Of a stretch of DNA of 64,000 nucleotides, positions 10,301-20,500 are shown in pieces (the first letter of the stretch is position 1; each line of letters opens with the position of its first letter). The position numbers were made by a program, and so were the translations under genes. Under the pieces are notes generated by a model. It made no database searches. It saw only the letters and a program-made list of their open reading frames with translations, and was not told where the DNA came from. Where the stretch lies: assembly GCA_000708835.1 (NCBI GenBank), contig DF237262.1:1-64000 (forward strand). Direction: 5' to 3'. The stretch comes from Klebsormidium nitens (Eukaryota; Plantae; Klebsormidiophyceae).

Positions 10301-12454
10301 GGTAAACTTGAAAAGGCAGATTCGAAGTGCCGAACACAGCAATCAACTTGGTGACCCTAACAGTATTTCGGCATGTTCTGCGCTTAGCTCGAGACAACAC
10401 GGCCAAGGCCCATTCTAGCTTCGGACGGGCCGATCAGAACTGAGAAGAGCGTCGATGTTGAAAGCACGGGCGCAATAGGACGCGATCCCAGACCCAACTG
10501 AACCTCCATCTCAAAACTGGTCGCCCCTAAGCACCTGCATTTCTATTTCTCCCTGAGCGACCGTTCGCGAAGCAGTGTGGAAAATCGGAATCGACCCCGG
10601 AAAACGGAGGGAAAATCGATCCTAAAGAGCAGCGCACCTCTACCGAGACGTCTGTGCCCGCGTCCCGCTTCTCCTTTAGCCGCTGCAGAAGCGCGGCCGC
10701 CAGCCGGGGGGTGATACCGGCCCCCTCCTCCGTTGAATCGCCCATCATGGAGAAACTCTTGCCCGCGCCGGTCTGGCCGTATGCGAACATCTGCGGATGA
10801 AGGGGAGCGCTTATCTGCCTGGTCGCTCCACTTACGCTATCCGATTGGTCGATCTTGAGAGCTGAGAAAATTGGTAGAACTATTTCAAGCAAGCAAAGAG
10901 GTGGTTCAAGCCCGGTCTGGCCGTGTACGAACATCTGTGGATGACAGGCATCGCTTATACATGGCCGCTTCGGCTATGATATGGGGTTGGTCGAGGCTTG
11001 GAAGGAGGGAAGAGTTGAAGCAAAGCTTAAAATATAGGTAGGGCCAAGCTCGGTCTGCCCCTTATACGCGAGCGGTTGTATATTACGGAGTATGTATCTG
11101 ACCGCTTCGCTTAACGTTCCCGATCGGTCCTGAGAGCTGGAAGGACTCTAACAGATTGGCAAGCCACTCAACGGGACTCGCAGGTAAGCAGATGTGGAAA
11201 GGTGCAAACGCGCATCGCCGTACCAATCGCCCGGCTCGAGAAGAAGGGGTTCAGCTTCCTAGTGTGTCGAGAGGCATGTGCTCTCCTTCGTCCGTAACGA
11301 GAAACCTCTGACTCACTAAAGGATCCGAGCAATTCTCTTATGCTTTATCTGGCACGAAAGCACTCACAATTTTCGTACTAGCAAGGTGAGGACACCCTGG
11401 AACGTGAGCTACACCGCAAAGACCCCAAGAGGAAGATTCGTCTTACGCTCAACGGAGGCCTTTTCAGCTCACCGTAACGTTGTATCCCTCTAGCGCACTG
11501 TTCAGCGACTGGTGCCCGAGCGCCTGAAACAGGGCCTCCTGCAGCTCGGCCTTCGCCCGGGGGATCCCCCCGTCCCCTAGCTCGCTGTCGTTCTGCACTA
11601 GGTCGAATGTAAACTCCTGGGCCCCGAGGGGAGGAATCGACTCCGTCGGCCGGCGCGCGCGCGCGCTCGCGCCCGACTGGTCGGTGGCGCGGTGCGCGCG
11701 CGGGGGCTCCTCGTAGAGCGTGATTTTGGGGCCCTGGATGACGACGGCCTGGCGGCTTTGGCACGCGCGCTCGCGCTCGGTGAGGGGGCGCACGCGCACG
11801 GCGACCACGACCTGCGGGATGATGTGGAGAGGTCGCCGTTAGAACCAGTCTGCTGACTTCGAGGACAAGAGTAAGCACAGGTTTCTCTTATTCGAATCAA
11901 GAGTCGTATCTGGTGCGATGCCATATTGTCATTAATCTGCCAGGAAGTGAAGAAATTATAAGATGTATGTTTTGCGGGCTTTGAGATGAATCTAAGAACC
12001 TTAGCCCAGACAAACCTGTGGCTGGAGAACCGCGGTTCGGAAGAGCCCCTTTGCCGGGGTGCCGTATGCCCCCATGTCTCGATCCTGATGAACCGTTTGC
12101 AAGGAGCAGCCGGTTGCATTGAACGCCAAGTTACTAAGCAGGCCGCAAGACGTCGAGACAGTCCCTGAAAGCAAAATTCCACCTCAAAATGGTGAATCGA
12201 CTCCAGACAGGATAAGGCAGCCTACCTTCTCGAGTCCTGCAGAGGTCCGGAACGAGGTCACGGGCTCCGCTATTTGCATCGAATCATTCTCGCTTGCCGC
12301 TGCGGGTTCGAGATCCGACTCTCCGTCACGCAGTTTCAGTGAAGGAAGCGCCATAAGCACTGGGGCTATGCTGGTGGGGCTCAGGCGGGAGTCCGAAGGT
12401 TGGAAATCCGTGTCGGCTTCTGTCTGAGAAATAGGCGCCGAGACCAACTCCTCC
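4346..12454 (-). CDS. Kinesin-3 family motor with FHA domain (5' end probably incomplete). Exons: 12226-12454, 11473-11811, 10638-10790, 9492-10112, 8755-8913, 6224-8244, 5765-5930, ~4955/4959-5327, 4346-4689
   Basis: Motor motifs in order: [13 protein letters not shown]-loop [27 protein letters not shown], switch I NKLSSRSH, switch [39 protein letters not shown], neck [12 protein letters not shown] (kinesin-3-type). Spliced FHA: SPFLVQL...LAPGVNSIGSD...[10 protein letters not shown]...LLNG...[11 protein letters not shown]...FYFFNP. Phases agree except at the last junction. Confidence 0.92.
4428..4550 (-). repeat. 42-bp coding tandem repeat (~3 copies) encoding GPESPxRGLSFSH[KR] in the last kinesin exon
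   Basis: gagaagctgaggccacgtg recurs at 42-bp spacing. Confidence 0.85.
6640..7420 (-). repeat. Degenerate coding repeat array of [GSA]TE[TS][EDP]-like motifs in the kinesin stalk
   Basis: SATETD, EGTETE (x3), [43 protein letters not shown] and others; ttccgtttccgt/tccgt recurs on the + strand. Confidence 0.85.
10768..11135 (-). repeat. Decayed tandem copies (~140-bp period) of the intron/exon junction of the kinesin P-loop exon
   Basis: 10768-10800 ccggtctggccgtatgcgaacatctgcggatga vs 10912-10944 ccggtctggccgtgtacgaacatctgtggatga (30/33 identical). A fainter third copy lies at ~11045-11135. Confidence 0.85.
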
Positions 12455-13741
12455 CTGCATTGGAGGAAGCGCGGGGTTAGAGCTGAAAACGAGCAGTATG
12501 AAAGCAGACCAACAAGGCGGTCAAGGCAATAAGCTTACCGATCGCTTTAGGATTTGAAGTTTAAAGTCTTGTGCGAGGGAGTGCTCGAGAGTGCGAAAGA
12601 TTCTTGTGTAGTCAAAAACGGCGCGTCCTTCAACCGGGAGGCTGAACGCTCAAACGTGTTTGCTGGGTTTAGCAGAACCCGAGAAGATGATCGGTTTGGA
12701 AAACGTTCGGTAGGGAATGCATGTCGCTCAATGTTCGGACGACCTGCTTGCTTGCTGACGTTTGAAACACCAAAAGACGTGGAGATCTGAGACTGTGAAC
12801 GTACCTGCTTCCTGCGTACCCGTCCGCCCCAGCATCAGCCACCCTTTCTCCTTCCAGGGGGGCATCTTTCTCCGTCGCTGGCCACCCCCCAGACCTAATC
12901 TCCTCCACCAGGGGGGTAAACGAGCTGCGCCTCGAACCGGGCTTCGAACCCCCCTCTCCCAAACTAGCTCGTCTGCTTTCCACGGTCACATTTTTGCCCG
13001 GTTGGGTGGCAACCCTGCGCTGACTCGAGAGGGGCTTCGAAGCCGCTGCCGGAGATTTGGCGGCTTTGGACCGCGGGGGTTTAGCTGCTAGCGAGCTCGA
13101 GGGGCGCCTTTGGGTGGCCAGGATAACCGGGGGGGGCGTGTCGTCGATGAGGGGAGCGAAGGCGTCAGCTTCAGGGGCGCTGCGGAGAAAGCAGAAAGCT
13201 TTGAATGTCTGTACGAGACCGAAGCGGTTTAGAGCAGGTTAGCAGGACTGTTTTGGAGGGCCATAGCCGCATCCATTCACGTCGCAGTAGCCTTGATCCG
13301 TTGAATGATGAAGTACTTGAAGGAAAGATAGTCGGTCGTAAGTGCTCCAGATAGGCAGTTTGTTGCCGACAAAAAGCTGACAAGGCAGCGCACCTAAACT
13401 TACCCTGTGACATGACAGCGACGTCTCGAAAGCTGCTGTCCGTCTAGTCAGCGGCTATCCTCAACCCGTTCCAAAACTTTACTGCTCAACGCCCCTTTGC
13501 TAGAAGAAGCTATGAGAAGCTCAAATTCCTCTGGCACTGTTGAGATTCTAGCATCAAGGCAGCCGTACCTCGTTTTCAGTGCTTTACAGATCTGAGAGTT
13601 TTCGATTTTACTCGGATGCAAAACTCTCTACGAATGGACGATCTGACAGGTCGCTTGGACTGACCTGCTCACAGCTCCAACCGGTTGGTCGAACGACGTT
13701 CGTCTTGAAGACATTCCAAGAACCCTCCCATTGCGCTCCTC

Positions 13742-13912
13742 AACCTCCGACTCTCGCAGTGGAAATTCGGACGTCTTCTTTCCAATTTCTGAGTTTCGCT
13801 TTACAAACTCGGACGATCTTTTCACGACCTCCGACTGCCTCTTTCCAAAGTCGGAGGTTCTTTTCCCAACATCTGGTGTCAGCTTTCCTGAGCCGAACTT
13901 TCGACTCAATTG
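13742..13912 (-). CDS. Candidate upstream exon (possibly of the kinesin) with six 21-bp / 7-aa repeats
   Basis: Polypyrimidine acceptor ctttttgcag|CAA at 13912. The frame gives GKRTSDF GKRQSEV VKRSSEF VKRNSEI GKKTSEF PLRESEV. The exon continues to a donor near 13660-13675; linkage to the kinesin is not established. Confidence 0.4.
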
Positions 13913-16900
13913 CTGCAAAAAGCGCTTGCGAATGTTAGCGGATGTCGCCAACGCAGTCCAGCCACACTTTCTGATTGCATCTGCTGAGCATGCAAGAACA
14001 GCTCTTCGTCTAAATCTTTTGCTTCTACTGCCGACTGGACAAAATATAAGCACAGCAACTCTACGTACTAAGTGATTATCTTGAAGGCAAACAGATGAAG
14101 CTCGTTATTGTCCAATATGATTGATCTGTGACATAAAGTGCATCTTTCAACAACGTAAGTCTAGAACCAACATACTTTCCCTTGTGGACTGATATAATCT
14201 ACTAGCATTGGCAACTGATCTGGCGGATCAAAACATCGCAGAGGTGAGGTTTCAAAGGTCAGTTCAGCTTTCCTTGGAATCTGCACTTGGAAGGCCGAAC
14301 TTGATACAATTCAGCAATCAGGCAACATCAAGCAGAACGACGCCCTACTCTAGCCTCCATTAGTCCTGTACGTTGGCTTCTTTTATCGCTCTTGGGTTCT
14401 GTTCAGCTTGCTAATCATTCTGAACTGACAGCTTACCTTCTTGGGAGGCTCTGCTTTCCTGAAGAGTCGCGAGTTCTCTGGTATGTCAGCCATCCTTATG
14501 CACCAGAGTTGATGAAAGGCCTCCTTGCCTCTGCAGATGGCGAGTACGAGGCTAGAGGCTCGAATATTGTTGAAGGACGTTTCTCTGACAATCCAATTTG
14601 CAGCTAAGCTTCTGCAGATGAGAGATGTATGAAGCTCTTATACAGTTTTCATTCTTTGGAGGTCCGATTGTGGTGTTGGAATTTGCTTGGTTCAACGTTT
14701 GAGACCAACAGTGCAGTATGAACTATTGGATATGGTCATGCTATGCATTGGGGAGCATATGAACTCGGCAGGCTGAGCATCAGAGTGCAACACACTTCAC
14801 AAGGAATGAGGTTTAGTAGCAGCGACGCCCCGCAAAGGGTAAATACAAAAAGCGCTGTAAGACTTCTCTGAGACCCGTTCCACTATCTAGTCAAAGATGA
14901 TATATCAACATATATGATCCAGCACAGGATGGTTCTTGTTCTATGAAGCAGATAACCAGGGCCTTCAGATAGACCAAGCAGTAGTATTGAGCAGCCAAAG
15001 CAACGTATCTCCAGCATGCCAGAGTGCTTTCCAGGGAAAGCTGTAGACCCTCATACAGATGATACCCAGTTGGTGCTCACCTTCGATTCACTTCCTTCTG
15101 CTGCTGCTTTGCAGTCGCTCCTTCATCTCAGCCAGAGGGTTGCAGACTGCACTTTTTCATGGAAATCTCCATTCTACTTACTCGTCTACTGCAGAAAGAC
15201 TTTCTCACCCTACCCAATCTGTAATGCTGCTATTGAGGCAACCCTGTACTTCCAGGTGCATCATCTCGCGGCATTTCTCCTTCAAGGGATTGGCTCTTCG
15301 TCCTCTTTCAAAGACTCTGTGGCCCCCATTCTGTGCCGTACAGAGCGTTCGACTTGCAGAAGAATCCCAAAGGACTGCTCAGTCCTCTTGATCTGCTCCC
15401 GAAAGTTCCTCCTCCAGGGGACTCAGATCAGTGCAGCATTGGACGAATTCTCTTCGTTCCTAAAACCCTTGCAATCATGGAAGAATGTGGGGTTCCCGAG
15501 GCGCCACGACCAACCCTCTGCGGCCAGTGGTAATGCATCATTCGCAAATCAAGCAGCATCCTACATATCTAAGAATGTTCTCTGACTTAAAATGACATGA
15601 TTTGCCAGCCTCCCCCGACTGTGAGTGTGAAGCTGGAACCCTAATTTTCGGCTGGCCTCTGCGGCGATCGCCCAACTCGACGGTACCGTCGGTACCTATG
15701 TAGATGGTTTGTCTACGCGGTATGTACCATCTTCCTGGCCCCCGCTGGCGGCCCGCGGCGGCGGCCGGCCCGGGCCGCGTGCCGGCCAGCGAGTAGCCGC
15801 CACGAGCCTACTCAGAGCCTGCGCCAGCGCGGCAGCAGAAAATGCAGCGTGCGCACGGGCAATTAGTCCGGCCCAGTAGCTTCCCAGGGCATGAGCTCGC
15901 AGCTAGCGAGCCAGCGCGCGTACGCAGGAGTACTGCATGGCGAGTGGTTTGACCAAACCAACACCCGTTAATTTCAAACCCCTTCATAAACGCCACCCGT
16001 CCATATCACCGGGCACCACAGCTTCGCACCATTTAGCTATGATGCATGGTGAGCGTCACTCGACAACAAAGTCGCTGCAGGCGGAGACACTCCACTCAGG
16101 TCAAATGTATCCATGCCGTCATACTCATGTAAAGAAAAGAGCAGCATCGAAGCTGAACTTGCACACCTATACCGAACGACTCGCACACATTTGAAGGCCA
16201 GTACCGGGGCACTCATGCCCTCACCTTCAATGCAGATCATTTTGATCGCATCAGAGTGCACATATAGCTTCTTGCGGACTTGGCCAGAAGGTAAGCGATG
16301 CATCAATGCATGCGAATGCGATGGACACAATCTATGCGAGTACCATAGCTCCATCTTCCAAGCAGGGCCCTCGAGTGCGGATGTGACCGTTCAAAATAAC
16401 GGGAGACGCTCGCAAAGTGGGCACTGAACCAACAAAACCAACCGCCTGTAACATGTGCCCTCTACCTCCAGCATCAATCTCGTTTTGACGGTCGCAGCCT
16501 CGTGACGATGATCTCTATATACCCTCAACAAAGCACCAAATTATTATACTTGACATACGGCCGAAGAAGCTTAACTTAGGGCTCTTACGGCTCTTATGTC
16601 TGCTTCTGTGTCGCGGTCGAGACGTTGACTCGACGCGTCTGATCCCCGCCTGTTCATGAGGGCTAGCGGTGGATCGTACGGTTTTCTTCCTACCATAGGA
16701 GCGAGGGTGATAGAACTGGACGTCCGCTTGTAAGACGTGGTGCCCTTATCGTTTGCCGACGTGGACGGCAGCCGCGAGAGCTTTTCCGCTCCACTTTTTT
16801 TCTTCTTTTCTTGCAGCGGACTTTCGGTCGTTCCATCTCCAGAGGACCTGAAAAAATGCCGGAAACTTGGGACCGTCAGGAAAGAGCGTACTTGCAGGCA

Positions 16901-17430
16901 GCATCTTTATTGACGGCTCACTTCGTCCAAGCAACAGACGGCGCGTTCGTCTAGCAATCATGCAGATCTTGGAGGATAATTAGTCGAAAGCCAAGCTGGT
17001 AAGCTCCTGAAAGTTTTACACTGAATCAAGTTGTCTGTGGGAAGATTCCTTGTTTATCACGTCGACTGGTGTCAGTTTACCCAGGTCCCGAAGCCGCCTA
17101 CAATTTATTCAGTGAGAGGACAGGACGAGAAGACAATCGAAGCAACATGATAACCCTGCGACTATTCCAAGAGGCGGCTGACGCGAGCTTCTATGCAAAC
17201 GCACTCTTCTGAGCGTCATTCAAGTCCCTCGGAACTGAGCGAGTGGCAGATGCCAACAAGGGCTGCAATTTCTTGGCAAAACTTGCATGTGCAGTCTGCT
17301 GTTAATTAGACAGGCACCTTACTCACCCGCTGCCGAAAACTTTCTCTTGCCAGTCAAAGGCCGTTCCTTTCTCCACCAGTGAAGACGTGCAACCAAAAAA
17401 TAAGGACCATGAACCCAAAACGCCCCGGGC

Positions 17431-17504
17431 GCTTACGTTTGATTGGTCCGGGAAGCGCGTAGCACCCGAGCACCAGGGTCCGTACGATCCTATAGCGCGG
17501 ATGG
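17431..17504 (-). repeat. Decayed copy of the end of the last EF-hand-gene exon, downstream of the stop codon
   Basis: gcttacgtttgattggtccgggaagcgcgtagcacccgagcaccagggtccgtacgatcc vs 17591ff gctcacgtttgattggtaacggggggaagcgcgtaacacttgagcaccagcttccgtacgatct. Confidence 0.85.
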
Positions 17505-17592
17505 GATGCAAGCTTCACGTTGAACAACGACGCGATTGTGCGCAGTAGAGACTTACGCACAAAAACAAAGACCAAAAATGCAAAAGCCCCGC

Positions 17593-20500
17593 TCACGTTT
17601 GATTGGTAACGGGGGGAAGCGCGTAACACTTGAGCACCAGCTTCCGTACGATCTTGTAGCCCGGGTAGGAGGGGTCCGCCTCGGGGGGCGCGACTTTTCG
17701 TAGGAGCGACACGAGGCGGTTGTGGGGGAGGTACACGCCCAGCTCGCGCAGCGCCTGGGACAGCTCCTGCGAGCGACACGTGTCCGATGCCGTCAGCAGA
17801 ATTTCTTGGCTGACTTCTTAGACCAACTTTTGTGGCAACGTTTGGCATGAAAGTTGGCCCAGATACGTTCTGACATTTCGTCACGCACGATTTGGGAGCG
17901 CCTCTGCAGCTGCCACATGTGTCCGTTCCGCCACCACTCACAGATCAAGTTCTTCGCTTTCTAACGGTTGATATAACCCCACAGCACTTGCGTACGTACC
18001 GAGCGCTTTACAAGAGCACTAACTGCTTACTTCAGCACCCGTTTCTTGACCATTTACCGCAGCTTACATGGAAGTTCGGCGGCCGATCCCACGCCGGCGG
18101 CTGCTCCGCTACCCCCGCTCTCGTTCCCCCATTTTCTCCCAGTTGATCGCCTCCCGACTGACACATCTGGTCTGAGGGGCTTGGAGCATTCGACAGGGGG
18201 GGAGAACCGGGCGCTTGGTGGTCTAGGTGGTTCAGTTGGGACGCTGGCTGGTTGCGCCGCAGCTTTTCGGCCACCAGCTTGTAGACCTCGGGGTCGCGCG
18301 CGCGCACGTGCCTCAGGATGCGCGCGAGCCGCTGCTCGTGGCGCACCTCGGCCGTCTCCTCGCTGCAGAATGCAGAGAAGAGTTAGAGCGTAACAAATGG
18401 AGGTTAACGGTGTTAACTATTGCCGCCAGCTTAGACGTCGGTGTGGCGCGCGCGCATGAGCCTCAGGATCCGCGAGAGCAGCTGCTCGTGGCGCACCCTC
18501 GGCTGTCTCCTCGCTGCGGTAAATAGATGAGGGCTTCAGTTTAACAGCGACATAAAAATCACTTGAAGAGAATGATACGGTCAGGTGGAAGTCTGGGGTT
18601 AAGGATCATGCCGCGAGTAGAACTTGATCGCGCGGATCCTGAAAGGGGACACTTGTTGGTGACAACGAACCCGCTTCTTCCTCGAACCGCGATGCACAAG
18701 CCGCGCATGAATACAAACACATAGTGAAAGGGATAGTAGAACACGGCGTGGCGTGATCTCGTTGAGAGTCTCTAGATTTTGATGCGTTCAAAGGACATCA
18801 TGAAAGAAGACATGTGCCCTCGAATTTGAAAGACCGGACTCACTGTGGCAGCAGGGCTTTGCCGAGCTCGTCAAACTGGATGGCGCCGGACCGGTCCTTA
18901 TCCACGGCGCACATCAGCAGCTTGACGTCCTCGTCGTTCACAACGCCCACCTGCAAGAACGCCCCACCCTTCAACGTCAATGGTGTTTTCAAAAGCAATT
19001 GTGATTGAGAGAGAGCCGAAAATCAAATTCGATAATCCGGCCAGGGAGCAATGGGAATCTCAGAACGCAACCTTTACAAGTGACTCAGAGATTAAAATTT
19101 TGTGTCGAAAGTGCCTGATCGGATAAGGATGTATCATTGTCTCTGGGTGGTTTAAGATGGTTCTTCGTGCTCACTAAAGGCATCAGTCTTGAAAATCACC
19201 CGTCTCAACTGGTGCCAATGCTTGGGTACGGCCACACTGCTTGGATCTCTGAGTTCAGGAATCAAGGCGGCAAACCCCGGTCTACGACAATGTCTTCATC
19301 ATCCAATGTAAGCCTTCAGCCAGCTCAAGTCCAACCTGTACTGGAAAAGTTCTTGTCCCTGAGGTTTCATGATGTGCAGGCGGAGTTTTGTGAAGAAAAA
19401 CCTTGCGCTAACCCCCAACAAAACTCATTAACCCTTCCAAAAGTCTACTTGCAAGATCCTGTCGAACCCTGCGATAATGGAACGGCGGCTCTCCCTGTTT
19501 CCTATCCTTCAATAAGTGACTCTGCGCGAGTAAAGCACCTTGAAGATGTGGAGCATCAACTTGGATCATGTTCCGAATTCGAGTTGTCCTTGTCCAAATC
19601 GGACACCTGCCTTCATCACGGTGCAGGTTTCCTCAGCCCTTCCGTTTACCAGGAATTCGGCGAGTAAACCTTGAGCGTGTGAAGCATTTCCTTGAGCTCT
19701 GCTTCCGAAATCGGATTGTCCCTGTCCTTGTCCTTGTCTAGATTGGCCGCCCGGAACGCCCTTTGGACCCCTACCTTAAGTACACTGCATCTTTGTTTTC
19801 AAACCTTCCGTTAATCAGGAATTCTGCGGGCAACCAACCTTGAGCGTGTGGAGCATCTCCTTGAGTTCCGGTTCCGAAATCGAGTTGTCCTTGTCCAAAT
19901 CGGACGCTCGGAACGCCTTTTGGATGGCGCCGTCCATGCTCCCGACCGCCGTCGCCAGCCGACTGCGCAACTGCGCGATCACGTGGTCCTGCTCGCGCGT
20001 CACCCGGCTGCGCGCTTTGCCCTGCGACCCGCGCAGCTTGTCCCCGATGGGCTGCCCAGGGTGCCTGGCAAAAACGCGCGGTTGAAGTTTTGGTAACGCG
20101 CGCTCGATCTGATCGTGTCAAACCTGCGCGATATTCTTACCTAAAGCAGCGCCAGAAGTGGTTGCAATAATCATCACAGCGTTCGGTTGGCGAAAAGTTG
20201 ACCACATCAAGCTGATAGCAGGGGCAGATTTGTTCTAGTCGACCAGGATTCTCTCATCGCCACCCGAGACACTCCGTGCCCAAACCATTCCTAATGGGCA
20301 TTTGTTGTTTCAGAAGAAAGGCTTCAGACGAGGTGGAACATAAGATTCAAAACGATGCAATGGGCTATTTGTACAATGATGTAGATTTTTGAGGAGGAGC
20401 TAGATAAGTCCTCACTCATCTTATGTAAGACGTGCGCTGAAGCGTTTTTTCGAGGAAAGAGAAAGTCACCTGTTGGGGTACAAAGCAAGGCCGCCCTTCT

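Noticed and set aside
14392-15585. + strand ORFs of 71, 189 and 110 aa
   Set aside because: No recognisable domain or splice-consistent structure; probably degraded repeat or intergenic DNA.
18230-18364. RHEQRLARILRHVRARDPEVYKLVAEKL resembles the C-terminus of ribosomal protein S15
   Set aside because: There is no N-terminal S15 sequence nearby. The segment is an exon in line with the EF-hand gene and fits its recurring pre-EF-hand helix pattern, so the similarity is probably coincidental.
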